A stretch of DNA of 64,000 bases from an uncultured delta proteobacterium (GCA_963769935.1 CAVYNY010000022.1:256001-320000), one strand, 5' to 3'; numbered from the stretch's first letter, positions 10,067-19,820 are shown. The notes: generated by a model not told the origin, from the sequence alone. A program made the numbers and translations.

Positions 10067-10336
10067 TCAGAAAATTCCAAAATAACTGATAAAATACAGC
10101 CACCGGACCAGAGCCGGTGAGAATATACCTGCAACGACAAAGTAGGGAAACGCCTTGGATTTCAAATAATAGACCGGAAGCGTCGGCAATGAAATAAGTA
10201 AAAATATAACGGTTCCCACCAGGGTCACCATCAACATGGCGGACGTAGCGTTGGTTCTTTCAATTGCTTTCTTCAGCAGCATCATGGTTACACCGATAAG
10301 AAAGGATGTAATTATCGCCAGGGTTGCTGCCGGCAT
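10067..10336 (-). pseudogene. Truncated EamA/DMT-family transporter (5' part only)
   Basis: 89 aa, about 3 TM helices of EamA type, ending at the edge of the low-GC segment. Confidence 0.6.
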
Positions 10337-10347
10337 GGTAGTTGCTT

Positions 10348-10503
10348 TAGTTGAATGGTTGATTAGTTGATTGAGTTTATTGAGTTGATTCAGTTGATGG
10401 GTTGACTGGGTGATAACTTAAAAATAAACCGTTGGGATTGTTGATCGTTGATGGTTGATAGCAGAAAGGCTGGAAAGCTAGGATGCCGGGAGGCTGGAAG
10501 GCG
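10348..10503. repeat. Short-tandem-repeat mosaic (left-arm forms)
   Basis: gttgattga 9-mers, gttgatN 7-mers, gctggaaN 8-mers. Confidence 0.85.
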
Positions 10504-10542
10504 GTATTCGACGAAGGAAAGAAAATCGCCGCGACCGGTTTA

Positions 10543-10566
10543 ATCGTGGTTGAAAACCGCTCCCAC
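10543..10566 (-). repeat. Single GTGG-type REP-like element
   Basis: Minus strand GTGGGAGCGGTTTTCAACCACGAT: GTGG head plus short palindrome. Confidence 0.55.
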
Positions 10567-10676
10567 CCACCATTGGATACGGCTTTGAAACATCCTCAGA
10601 CGACTTTTTCCGACCAGTTGGTTCAGTCATGTACTCCAGGATGAAAACCACTCCCGCAGCCAAAATCATTTATTAT

Positions 10677-10699
10677 ATAAAATTGTGAAACAATTTTAT
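10677..10699 (-). terminator. AT-rich hairpin at the 3' end of the BMP gene
   Basis: ataaaattgt-gaa-acaattttat perfect inverted repeat overlapping the stop codon. Confidence 0.35.
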
Positions 10700-11766
10700 C
10701 GCGGGAAGGTTTTCTTTAAGAATTTGTGGAGATCAACGGCAACCGGCATATCCACCACTTTGATTCGTCCCCCGACGATTTTCTCTTTGATATCTTTTAA
10801 TTCCACCTTCACGGAATTCGGCACGGCCCTGTTCAACTCTAAAAGATATACGGAACCATTGTCCATGCTGACCCAGTATTGCTTGCCGAATGTGCCGTCC
10901 ATATAGCTTTTAATGACTTCCTCATACACGACGGACAGGTCCATTACGACCGAGGTCAGGAGAACACCGGCCTTATCGATTGAACGTTTATCTCCGATAA
11001 CGTCAATAAACCATACCTTGCCGCCGTCTTTGGCCTTTTTGGTCGAGCAGGCCTGCAGCATGCCGAATGAGGCGCCGTCTCCCAAACCGAATATCACATC
11101 AGCCCCGACGGCAATCTGATCCTGGGCGTTGCGTTTTCCGCCGGCAGCATCCGCATACGCCGCCTCCCCGATCACACTGTAAAGGAGTCTGCTGTTCGGA
11201 TTGGAAGCATGGAGGCCCTGGGAAAATCCCGCCGACATCCGGTTCCAGGTGGGAGGTTCGGCTGAGGCAACTATTCCAACAATATTTGATCGCGTCATTT
11301 TGCCGGCCAGCCAGCCGGCCAGGTAACATCCGCCCTGGGGTTGGGTGTCGATGTCGCTGATCAGCCCCGGTGTAACGTCATGGTGATTTTCGACCGTGGT
11401 GACCTTCACGCCCGTTTCACGCGCGATTTCCGGTGCCACGGTCTGATAGCCCGATGCATGGCAAATTATCAACTCACACCCCTTGCGTACCATGTCCCGC
11501 AGGGTCGGTTTGATATCTCCATAGCCAAGGGCTTCGGCAAGTTCGATCTTGAAGCCATATTTTCGGGCGACGATTTCGAGCCCCACTTTCCCTTGTTCAT
11601 TCCAGCCCTTATCGGTGCCGGCCTCCGGCAGGGCCAGGCCCACCATTTTAGGCGGGTCCCCGGCCGAGGCAGTATTCACGGCGAAGAAGAGGAAGAATAG
11701 AAAGATGACGAATCCGCGACTATCTTTTTCCCATTTCAGTTCTCCTAGTAATGAACGATTCCGCAT
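10696..11766 (-). CDS. BMP-family (nucleoside/purine) ABC substrate-binding protein; 5' end uncertain
   Basis: DKGWNEQG, GCYLAGWLAGKMTRSNIVG, GADVIF; last gene of the ABC operon. Confidence 0.88.
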   Translation of the reverse strand: MRNRSLLGELKWEKDSRGFVIFLFFLFFAVNTASAGDPPKMVGLALPEAGTDKGWNEQGKVGLEIVARKYGFKIELAEALGYGDIKPTLRDMVRKGCELIICHASGYQTVAPEIARETGVKVTTVENHHDVTPGLISDIDTQPQGGCYLAGWLAGKMTRSNIVGIVASAEPPTWNRMSAGFSQGLHASNPNSRLLYSVIGEAAYADAAGGKRNAQDQIAVGADVIFGLGDGASFGMLQACSTKKAKDGGKVWFIDVIGDKRSIDKAGVLLTSVVMDLSVVYEEVIKSYMDGTFGKQYWVSMDNGSVYLLELNRAVPNSVKVELKDIKEKIVGGRIKVVDMPVAVDLHKFLKKTFPR

Positions 11767-11770
11767 TAAA

Positions 11771-11869
11771 GTTTGGAATTTTGAATTTCAGTCATTGTGA
11801 ATTGTCCGAAACTTGATATTTGTTATTTGGTATTTTTTTGCTGAAACCTGAACACTGACACCCGATACC
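11771..11869. repeat. Polarised short-tandem-repeat mosaic
   Basis: ttggaat/ttggtat 7-mers, then ctgaaac/ctgacac 7-mers. Confidence 0.7.
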
Positions 11870-11919
11870 TTCATTTTATTTCAGCATATTACAAGAAATT
11901 ACTTTATCAGCGCCTGCTC

Positions 11920-12858
11920 TCAATCCCCACCGCGCTTATAGGGGATGCACAAAGATGACGGCAAACTGGTCGACCTGGCAAAAAGAAGCAGGGCGGCAAT
12001 TACCACCAGGTAAGGCATCATTAGGATAAAATCCGGGCTGATGTTTATGCCTGCCACCTGCAAAGCGCTGGTCAGGGACAGGGCAAATCCGAACAGCAGT
12101 GCCCCCAGACAGACTTTGGCAGGGTTCCATTTGCCCATCATGACAACGACAATGGCGATATATCCCCGCCCCATAATCATGTCAGGCACAAAAAAGGCCA
12201 GATCACCCAGTGCCAGGAAGGCTCCGCCGAGGCTTGCCATGACCCCTCCCGTCAGGATCGCACAATAGCGGATACGATTGACATCAACGCCGGATGCATC
12301 GGCGGCCCACGGGGTTTCCCCGACTGCCCGAACCCGCAGTCCGAAGCGGGTTTTGTACATCAGACCATAAAAGGCCGGGACCAGCAGGAAGGCCGCATAC
12401 ACCAGCCAGTGCTGATTGAATAGTCCCTGTCCGATAAACGGGATCCCGGCAAGAAGCGGGATTGCATTGGTATCTCCGGCACCGAACAGGATTGGAAATT
12501 GATTTCCAAAGATCACCCGGTGAAGGAAGCTGCTCATGCTTTGGGCGAAGATGGTCAACCCCAGACCCACAACGATCTGATTGACGCGGAGCGTGATGGT
12601 CAAAATAGCAAACACGAGTCCCAACGTCAAGCCGACGACTCCGGCGGCCAAAAATCCGCAAACCGTACTGTTCAGCTTCAAAGCCACAACAAAGGATGAA
12701 AAAGCACCTGCGGTCATCATGCCTTCAATCCCCAGGTTCAGGAGGCCGGACCGTTCCACATAGGTATCACCCAGTGCGGCCAGCAGAATCGGCGTTGTAC
12801 CCCGTATGGTTGTAGCGATCACCGCCGTGATTAAAGCTGATTCTAAGATTCCATTCAT
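11920..12858 (-). CDS. Nucleoside-type ABC transporter permease
   Basis: ERSGLLNLGIEGMM, TRFGLRVRAVGE, GRGYIAI. Confidence 0.92.
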   Translation of the reverse strand: MNGILESALITAVIATTIRGTTPILLAALGDTYVERSGLLNLGIEGMMTAGAFSSFVVALKLNSTVCGFLAAGVVGLTLGLVFAILTITLRVNQIVVGLGLTIFAQSMSSFLHRVIFGNQFPILFGAGDTNAIPLLAGIPFIGQGLFNQHWLVYAAFLLVPAFYGLMYKTRFGLRVRAVGETPWAADASGVDVNRIRYCAILTGGVMASLGGAFLALGDLAFFVPDMIMGRGYIAIVVVMMGKWNPAKVCLGALLFGFALSLTSALQVAGINISPDFILMMPYLVVIAALLLFARSTSLPSSLCIPYKRGGD

Positions 12859-13889
12859 TTAAGTACCCATCGCTTTTCTAAATATTCCGAAGCAGCGAAG
12901 AATAGAAGTGTCAGTCCTTCTAAAACATGGACAAAAAAGATTGGAACACCGAGCTCCCGTCCGACAAACTCTCCGCCAACGCTCAGAAATGAAAAGAAAA
13001 AAGCCAAAGGGATGACGGCCCAGCCGTTCAATCGGGCCAGAAAAACCAAAGGAATGGCAGCCATGGCATATTGCGGATTCCAGTTGCTCTGGAAAAGACC
13101 CTTGATGGCCAGCACATCGCTGACGCCGGCCAATCCGGCCAACCCGCCGCTGATTAACAAGCCGAAAACGGTCAGACGCGCAATGTTCATTCCGGCGTGC
13201 CGGGCAGCCTTTTTATTCTCCAGCATGACGCGAAACTGATAACCCAGGGTGGTTCGCCTGATCAGCCAGTGCATACTCAGCAGCGCGACAATGCCGACGA
13301 TCAGCCCGAGGTGAATACGGGTGAAGGGTATCATCGGCATACGATACATCAGAGGAATCAGAGTCGTTTGAGCCGGTACGGTGGACAGATCATTGATGGG
13401 CCCCTTGACCAGCCAGGTGACCAAACTGATTGCCACCCAGCTCATCATCAGCGTGGTGATAATTTCGTTGGTATCGTAGCGGGCTTTGAGTAGGGCCGGA
13501 AGCAGGATCCAGGCCATGCCGCCGGCTGTGCCCAGCAAAGCCACCGCAACCAGATAGACAGGATAGGCCAGGATGGTGGACAGTAAAGGCGCCGCCCATC
13601 CCGCCAGCATAGCGCCGATAAGAAACTGCCCTTCCGCACCGATATTCCAGAGACCGGCTGAGAAGCATGGCAGCAGCCCGGCGGAGATGATCAACAGGGG
13701 CGCCATCTTGATGATGGACTCAATCACTCCCAGGGAGGTACCCATGCCCCGTGCAAAGAGAAGGCTGAAGTAAACCACGGGGTTCTTGCCGATGATGAGC
13801 AAAATAAGCCCGCCGGTGATCAGGGAGCAAAGAATTGAAAATATCGATAAAATTGCCGGTTTAAGATTGGCCAAGGCAACGTTATTCAA
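12855..13889 (-). CDS. Nucleoside-type ABC transporter permease
   Basis: WNIGAEGQ, NEIITTLMM, RTTLGYQFR. Confidence 0.92.
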   Translation of the reverse strand: MNNVALANLKPAILSIFSILCSLITGGLILLIIGKNPVVYFSLLFARGMGTSLGVIESIIKMAPLLIISAGLLPCFSAGLWNIGAEGQFLIGAMLAGWAAPLLSTILAYPVYLVAVALLGTAGGMAWILLPALLKARYDTNEIITTLMMSWVAISLVTWLVKGPINDLSTVPAQTTLIPLMYRMPMIPFTRIHLGLIVGIVALLSMHWLIRRTTLGYQFRVMLENKKAARHAGMNIARLTVFGLLISGGLAGLAGVSDVLAIKGLFQSNWNPQYAMAAIPLVFLARLNGWAVIPLAFFFSFLSVGGEFVGRELGVPIFFVHVLEGLTLLFFAASEYLEKRWVLK

Positions 13890-13897
13890 GGCAGCCT

Positions 13898-15433
13898 CTA
13901 TTCACAAATTCCGAGCATGAGTTTTGCGACTCTCTCAGTTGTCGCATCAGCCCGAGCCATCAACCCTGCGATTTGTCCATTGAATAAAACCCCGATGCGG
14001 CTGCTTAAACCGAAAAGCTCATCAATATCCGCGGTGAGCAGCAAGACGGCCGTACCTTGGCGGCTTTCTTGCACGAGCAGGTCCTGTATAAATGCAACCG
14101 TTTTGGCATCGAGTCCGTATGTCGGACTGTTGCAGACGATCAAGTCCGGGGACCCGGATAGACCGCGGGCTAGAATGAATTTTTGAATATTACCCCCGCT
14201 GAGGGTGCGGATGGGGACGTTGGGGCCGGTGGCCCGGATCCCGAAGTGTTGGATCAGGCCGGCGGCAAATGATTGTACCTTCAGTCGGTTTAAAATACCC
14301 CAGTGTGAATACGGTTGCCGGGCATAGCTTTGTAGAATGGCGTTCTCAGCCAGGTCCATATCCGGAACACAGCCTTCATTAATGCGGTCATCGGTGATAT
14401 AGCTGATGCCCAGCTCAAATCGTTCGGCGATGTCCTTTCGAGTAATGTCTCGTCCCCGATAAATCAATTGGCCCGATGTGATTCGTTGCTGTCCGCCGAT
14501 AATCTCGGCCAGCAGACGCCGGCCTTCACCCTCGACGCCGGCCAGGCCCAATATTTCACCTTTGCCGATGCTAAAAGAGATGTCTTTCAGACCGATCCGG
14601 CCGCGACTGTCCAACGCTTCAACCTGCTTTAACTCTAAAACCGGCTGATCGCCGACTACCTGTTCTACTGCAATCCCGGCTTCGGAGACGGGAACGGTTC
14701 CAAACATTAAGGCCAGAATCTTTTCCGAGGCGGCTTCGTTATCCAGGGCCGTGAGTGACCCTTTTGACAATTCGGCGGTTTTTTTCCCCGACCGCATAAT
14801 GGTGATGCGATCCGATAGCGCGAGGGCTTCCCTTAAATTATGCGTGATTAAGACAACGGCTTTACAGGCCTTGCGCAATGACAGCAACGTTTGAAACAGG
14901 CTCTCGGCCTCGGCCGGAGAAAGCATGGAAGTCGGTTCATCCAGGATGAACACATCGGAATCACGAAAGAGCATTTTCAGGATTTCGGTCCGTTGGCGGT
15001 CACTGATCGAAAGATCCCGGATCTCTCTGTCGGGATCGATGAGGAGACCGTATGTTTCAGTGATTTCCTGAAATTTCCGGCGTGCCTTTTTATTGTTCAA
15101 GAAAAAACCGTCCTCGAATCCGAGGATGAGGTTTTCAATAACGGTTAAATTGGGCACCAGGGTAAAGTGTTGATAGACCATCCCGATTCCCAGTCTCAAG
15201 GAATCCCGGGGTGAGCGTATCCGGACCGGTTGATCATGGACACGTATGGATCCGGTATCCGGCTGGTAGACCCCCGAAAGGATCTTCATCAGGGTTGTCT
15301 TGCCCGCACCGTTTTCCCCCAGAATACTGTGAATTTCACCGGGGTGCAGGTCAAAATCGACATTATCGTTGGCGACCACGCCCGGGAAGCGCTTCGTAAT
15401 GCCGGTTAATTGCACGAGCGAATTAACGTTCAT
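13898..15433 (-). CDS. Nucleoside/sugar ABC transporter ATP-binding protein (tandem domains)
   Basis: GENGAGKTT, LDEPT, LSGGNIQK. Confidence 0.93.
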   Translation of the reverse strand: MNVNSLVQLTGITKRFPGVVANDNVDFDLHPGEIHSILGENGAGKTTLMKILSGVYQPDTGSIRVHDQPVRIRSPRDSLRLGIGMVYQHFTLVPNLTVIENLILGFEDGFFLNNKKARRKFQEITETYGLLIDPDREIRDLSISDRQRTEILKMLFRDSDVFILDEPTSMLSPAEAESLFQTLLSLRKACKAVVLITHNLREALALSDRITIMRSGKKTAELSKGSLTALDNEAASEKILALMFGTVPVSEAGIAVEQVVGDQPVLELKQVEALDSRGRIGLKDISFSIGKGEILGLAGVEGEGRRLLAEIIGGQQRITSGQLIYRGRDITRKDIAERFELGISYITDDRINEGCVPDMDLAENAILQSYARQPYSHWGILNRLKVQSFAAGLIQHFGIRATGPNVPIRTLSGGNIQKFILARGLSGSPDLIVCNSPTYGLDAKTVAFIQDLLVQESRQGTAVLLLTADIDELFGLSSRIGVLFNGQIAGLMARADATTERVAKLMLGICE

Positions 15434-15747
15434 GATCGTTGAGATCGTTGAGATCGTGAAATATGCACTTTGCGCCTTACCCTATACTTTATACTTTAAT
15501 ATCTTATACCCTATGCTCTTTGCCCTCTGCCCTATGCTCCATGACCTTTGCTCCATGCCCTATGCCTTTTGCCCTATGGTCTATGCCTTCGCCTCTTTCT
15601 TAGCCTTCCGTCATTCCAGCTTCCCATCTTTTCCTTATTCTCACTCTCTCACCATGTACCACTTTCCCCGTTTCCCCGTTTCAATCTTTTCAAACTTTCT
15701 GATCTTCTAATCTTCTGCTCTTCTCGTCTTCTAACCCTCTCACTCTC
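15434..15747. repeat. Polarised short-tandem-repeat mosaic filling the whole spacer
   Basis: gatcgttga 9-mers, then ccctatg 7-mers and cttccagc, ttctcacN, tttccccg, ttctNNNc 8-mers. Confidence 0.9.
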
Positions 15748-17608
15748 CCATATCATCCAGTTCTTTTAACTCACGATTAAACTCAGCATTTCGAGTGTCC
15801 AACTCACCGGTGACTTTTTCAAGTTCATTAAACAGGTAGTCAATTGCCGTTTGACAGGCATGGATGGAGCGGGAGAGCCCGGCGATGCGGATCCCGTCCT
15901 GTTCCTCGGAAGCCTGCTGCATGGCGCGGTTGAGTTGATCCAGCTCGATTTCGCGGGTTTCGATTTCGTTTTCAATACTCTTGATACGCTTTTCAAGCGG
16001 TTTTACCGTTTTCGATCTCAGGTTGGTGATCTCGGATCTTTTGCGCCGCATTTCTTTTCTGGTCTGTTTGGCCGCTGCTGTTTTGAAAGTGATTTTTGAC
16101 CGGCCGGCCGGTATGGCTGAATTTTCATCCTGCCAACCGCCCTTTTCGAGAAACTCCTGATATCGACCGTCGAATGTTTCGATTCGATCATTTTGAAATA
16201 CAACCAGTCTTTCAGCCAGGGAATGCAAAAACATCTCATTGTGGGTCACCATGATTACGGTTCCCTCAAAAAGGTCGATGGCGGCCAGCAATGCATCGCA
16301 GGATTCCATGTCCAGGTGGTTGGTCGGTTCATCAAGAAGCAGCAGGCTGACCGGAGTGGCCAGCAGCTTTCCCAGCATTACCCGGCTTTTTTCGCCGCCG
16401 GACAAGACGCTGATTTTTTTTAAGGCATCATCCCCGGAAAACATCATGGCACCGCAAATATTGCGGGCCCGCTGCCGGTCAATATCCGGGTGGGAATAGA
16501 GTATTTCCTCCTCGACCGTTCGGGTATCCACCAGGCTCCTGACGTTGGTTTGTTCAAAAAAGCCCTTGATCGTGGCCGGATGATATTCAACCGTTCCGGA
16601 CCGCGGCCTCAACTCGCCGGCCAACAGTTTGAGCAGGGTGGTTTTGCCTTTGCCGTTTTTCCCGACAACACAGATCCGCTCCTGCGCACCGACTGTGATG
16701 CTGAAGTCCTTTATAACATGACGCTGGTCGGTATAGCCAAACGCGAGATTGCGGGCGCTCAAGACCTGTTTGCCGGGAAACGGGCTACTGCGAAAAGAAA
16801 AGTCCAGGAATTTGACCTCCTCCAGCTTTTCTTTTTTCTCCAATTTTTTAAGGGTCTTGACGCGGGACTGGACCAGATTTGCCAGCCTGGCCTTGGCGCG
16901 AAAGCGGGTGATAAATTGCTGAATTTCTTTGCGGCGGCGTTCATCGTTAATTCTGGTTTTTTCGTATACTTCTTCATCCTGAGCGATCTGGTTGTAGTAC
17001 TTGGCGGTGTCGCCGGCAATTTTACGCAATTTGCGGCGATGGATTCCCATGGTGTGGGTGACCACTTTATCCATAAAACTGCGATCATGGGTAATGAGCA
17101 TCAGCTCATGCGGCCAGGTGCTCAAGAACTGCTCGATCCATCGAATGGAAGTGATGTCCAAAAAGTTGGTCGGTTCATCCAAAAGCAGCAGGTCCGGTTC
17201 CGCAACCAGGGCTTTGACAAGATTCAAGCGCACCTGTAGTCCACCCGAAAATTCTGCGGGACGGCGACCAAAGTCTTCCTGGCTGAAGCCCAGTCCGGCA
17301 AGAATCTTTTCAACCTTCCAGTAGTGATCCTTCTCATGGGCGGGAAGTGCGAGTATTCCTTCTTCAAGCGCCGTATCGGCCGAAAACGAAAGCTGTTGCT
17401 GAACATAAACCATGCGGTAGTTCTTCGGAATAACGATCGCGCCTGAATCCGGCTGCTCTTCTCCGGCGATCAGCCTGAAAAGGGTTGTTTTGCCATGGCC
17501 GTTTTTCCCCACCAGCCCCACCCGCTGTCTCTGGTTGATGGAAAAGGCAATGCCGTCAAAAAGGATTTGACCACCGAAACTTTTTGTCAGATTTTCTACG
17601 CGAATCAT
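15740..17608 (-). CDS. ABC-F family ATP-binding protein
   Basis: Two ABC domains (GKNGHGKTT, GKNGKGKTT, LDEPTN twice), no TM segments, coiled-coil C-terminus. Confidence 0.93.
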   Translation of the reverse strand: MIRVENLTKSFGGQILFDGIAFSINQRQRVGLVGKNGHGKTTLFRLIAGEEQPDSGAIVIPKNYRMVYVQQQLSFSADTALEEGILALPAHEKDHYWKVEKILAGLGFSQEDFGRRPAEFSGGLQVRLNLVKALVAEPDLLLLDEPTNFLDITSIRWIEQFLSTWPHELMLITHDRSFMDKVVTHTMGIHRRKLRKIAGDTAKYYNQIAQDEEVYEKTRINDERRRKEIQQFITRFRAKARLANLVQSRVKTLKKLEKKEKLEEVKFLDFSFRSSPFPGKQVLSARNLAFGYTDQRHVIKDFSITVGAQERICVVGKNGKGKTTLLKLLAGELRPRSGTVEYHPATIKGFFEQTNVRSLVDTRTVEEEILYSHPDIDRQRARNICGAMMFSGDDALKKISVLSGGEKSRVMLGKLLATPVSLLLLDEPTNHLDMESCDALLAAIDLFEGTVIMVTHNEMFLHSLAERLVVFQNDRIETFDGRYQEFLEKGGWQDENSAIPAGRSKITFKTAAAKQTRKEMRRKRSEITNLRSKTVKPLEKRIKSIENEIETREIELDQLNRAMQQASEEQDGIRIAGLSRSIHACQTAIDYLFNELEKVTGELDTRNAEFNRELKELDDMGE

Positions 17609-17850
17609 AGGTGAACGAAAGCCTTGTGTGCTGGAATATTTAAATCTGAAACTCGAAAAATAAACTATTTTTAAAAATTATGCAATTATCTCCTTTCGGG
17701 TTCATGCTTCACGTCAATCGAGGCCTACCGGGTTTCAGTCCAGATCGCCACAATTGTCAACAGAATACCACCTAAGCCGCGACTTGTCATCTTGAAAACC
17801 CTGTCCGGGCGCTCGGCAGCCAAACTGTCATCGCGGGGTGTAATCGGATC

Positions 17851-17878
17851 TTGACAAATGTTTGTAAATTAGTATGTT
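17851..17878 (+). promoter_or_regulatory. Candidate sigma70 promoter of the DUF1844-ispE-prs operon
   Basis: TTGACA-16 bp-TATGTT. Confidence 0.45.
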
Positions 17879-17976
17879 ATAAGCGCAAATTCCGGAGTAA
17901 GAAACGAAATGGCGATTGTCGAATGAAGATTAAAGCAATGCTTCAAATTCGGAGTCGACGGTGTGAACCGAACTTA

Positions 17977-18132
17977 GGGCTCACTTAAAAATAATTTCAC
18001 ATTTTATACGCCGCTGCATCCCACCTGGCTGCGTTGCGAAAGCTCGGAATATCCAGATATTCCTGCGTTTTCGCGCCTTGCCAGCCGGGCGTCGCAACGC
18101 CTAAAATTGTGAACTTACCTTTTCGTGAACCC
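17977..18132 (+). mobile_element. 156-bp hairpin MITE, copy 1
   Basis: Ends GGGCTCAC...GTGAACCC; TTA duplicated at 17974-76 and 18133-35; closely similar to copies 2 and 3. Confidence 0.88.
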
Positions 18133-18209
18133 TTAGCAATCAAGCATTCGACTTTCGAGCGTCGGGGTTTATCATTCAACTACACGGGTTGGAGAGGAGG
18201 AGGCCGCCT

Positions 18210-18659
18210 ATGTCAGAGGACAAAAAAGATTTTGTGGTAAAGGATCGCCGAAGATTTTCCCTGGAAAGCCGGGAAGGTGAAGCCAAAGACGAGCACTCAG
18301 AGGACGGCGCCGTTCAGGCAGAAGAACCTCAAGCATCTCCATCAGGTGAGCAAAGCCGCAAATCAGAGGCCCGGAAGAAAGCTGATGCCAGTGAGGAAAA
18401 GGAACAAACGCTGCTGCCGGAAATAAATTTTGCGACCTTCGTCGTTTCTCTTAACGCATCCGCTCTGCTGCATCTGGGTGCCATCGAGGACCCTGCCACC
18501 GGCAAATCCGATAAAAATCTGCCGATGGCCAAACAAACGATCGACATTTTATGCATGCTCGAGAATAAGACGGCGGGTAACTTATCCAAAGATGAAGATA
18601 GTTTACTGAAAAATATTCTTTACGATCTCAGAATAATCTACGTCAAAGAGTCGGGGTGA
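18210..18659 (+). CDS. DUF1844-domain protein
   Basis: INFATFVVSL..SALLHLG, AKQTIDIL.ML..KTAGNL; GGAGG RBS. Confidence 0.85.
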   Translation: MSEDKKDFVVKDRRRFSLESREGEAKDEHSEDGAVQAEEPQASPSGEQSRKSEARKKADASEEKEQTLLPEINFATFVVSLNASALLHLGAIEDPATGKSDKNLPMAKQTIDILCMLENKTAGNLSKDEDSLLKNILYDLRIIYVKESG

Positions 18660-18695
18660 TTCATGCCATTCAGCCCGGGTGCTCCGTAATCGTTA

Positions 18696-19556
18696 ATGAA
18701 AATCTTGTCTCCCGCAAAAATCAACCTGTTTCTGCAGGTAACCGGAAAGCGAGCGGACGGCTATCACGACCTGTTTTCATTAATGTGCTGTGTGAGTCTT
18801 TGCGACACGATTGAGCTTCAATTCGGCGGCAAGACGATCGAAATTGATTCTACTCACCCTCAGATTCCCCTTGATGAAACCAATCTCGCCCACCAAGCGG
18901 CAGCCCTGTTCTTTAAAAAACTGGATATAGACAGCGGCGTAAAAATAACCATCGAAAAATCAATACCGGTTGCAGCCGGCCTTGGCGGCGGCAGCAGCAA
19001 TGCCGCCAGTGTCCTCCAAGGGCTTAACCGCCACTATAACTTTCCTTTTTCCAGCAACCAGTTGATGTCCATGGGGCTTAGGCTGGGAGCTGATGTTCCC
19101 TTCTTCCTGTTTGAGAAACCGGCCTTGGCTTCCGGAATCGGTGAGCAGCTGGAAGAATATCCGGATTTGACACCATATCATGTAATTCTGATATATCCGG
19201 GCTTTGGGGTTTCGACCGCAGAAGTTTTTCAAAATCTGAATTTAAGATTGACAAAATGTAAAAAAAAAATTAAAAAATCCACTTTCAGGAAAATCGGTTA
19301 TGATGTTTCACGGCATTTGTGCAACGATCTCGAAGCAGTGACGGCATCCAGATACCCGGTGATAAGTTCCCTTAAGAATCAGCTTCTCGGACATGGGGCA
19401 CTGGGGGCATTGATGTCAGGGAGCGGACCGACCGTATTTGGCCTGTTCTCCGAGCAGGACAAAGCCGCGGCAGCAATGCAGGTGTTCGGCAGAGATACCC
19501 GCTGGAAGTCGTATCTTGCCGAAATTATAAATGAAAGGCCTCCTGCCGACAAATGA
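18696..19556 (+). CDS. ispE: 4-diphosphocytidyl-2-C-methyl-D-erythritol kinase
   Basis: PAKINLFL, KSIPVAAGLGGGSSNAA, LGADVPFF, MSGSGPTVF. Confidence 0.97.
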   Translation: MKILSPAKINLFLQVTGKRADGYHDLFSLMCCVSLCDTIELQFGGKTIEIDSTHPQIPLDETNLAHQAAALFFKKLDIDSGVKITIEKSIPVAAGLGGGSSNAASVLQGLNRHYNFPFSSNQLMSMGLRLGADVPFFLFEKPALASGIGEQLEEYPDLTPYHVILIYPGFGVSTAEVFQNLNLRLTKCKKKIKKSTFRKIGYDVSRHLCNDLEAVTASRYPVISSLKNQLLGHGALGALMSGSGPTVFGLFSEQDKAAAAMQVFGRDTRWKSYLAEIINERPPADK

Positions 19557-19626
19557 TGTTCGCCGTGGGCCGCAAATGAACCCCGGTGTTTCTGCCGGTT
19601 CAGACAGGATTTTGCTCCCGGAATGG

Positions 19627-19701
19627 TGGGGCGTCGTCAAGTGGTAAGACACAGGATTTTGGTTCCTGCATTCGGAGGTTCGAATCCTCCCGCCCCAGCC
19701 A
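19627..19701 (+). tRNA. tRNA-Gln (TTG)
   Basis: Acceptor stem tggggcg/cgcccca, anticodon arm cagga-ttTTGgt-tcctg, GGTTCGAATCC T-arm, encoded CCA; canonical ispE-tRNA-Gln-prs position. Confidence 0.97.
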
Positions 19702-19707
19702 CTATCC

Positions 19708-19820
19708 ATTGAAGATTGAAAATTGAAGAATGAATATTTAATGAATTCTTTCCGCTTTTAAATTTAAAAGAGGAGGGAGCGAAGCGACATTCACAAATAT
19801 TCAATCTGCAATCTTCAATT
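19708..19820. repeat. Inverted 7-mer arrays around a short core
   Basis: attgaag-type array...gaatattt / aaatattc...cttcaat-type array; the right arm recurs at 5868-5893. Confidence 0.75.

Noticed and set aside
10478..10669. 63-aa minus-strand ORF
   Set aside because: Reads through the REP unit and repeat array; at most a gene remnant
15369..15769. Short ORFs over repeat mosaics (also 26631-26813, 33964-34413, 37579-37833, 40056-40283)
   Set aside because: Low-complexity translations of tandem repeats with no recognisable motif
16490..17239. Long antisense ORFs (also 36732-37553, 22902-23519, 32731-33360)
   Set aside because: Shadows of well-supported genes on the opposite strand
17997..18240. 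ORFs spanning MITE copies (also 20856-21107, 31391-31660)
   Set aside because: Their similarity comes from the shared repeat; starts and stops differ between copies
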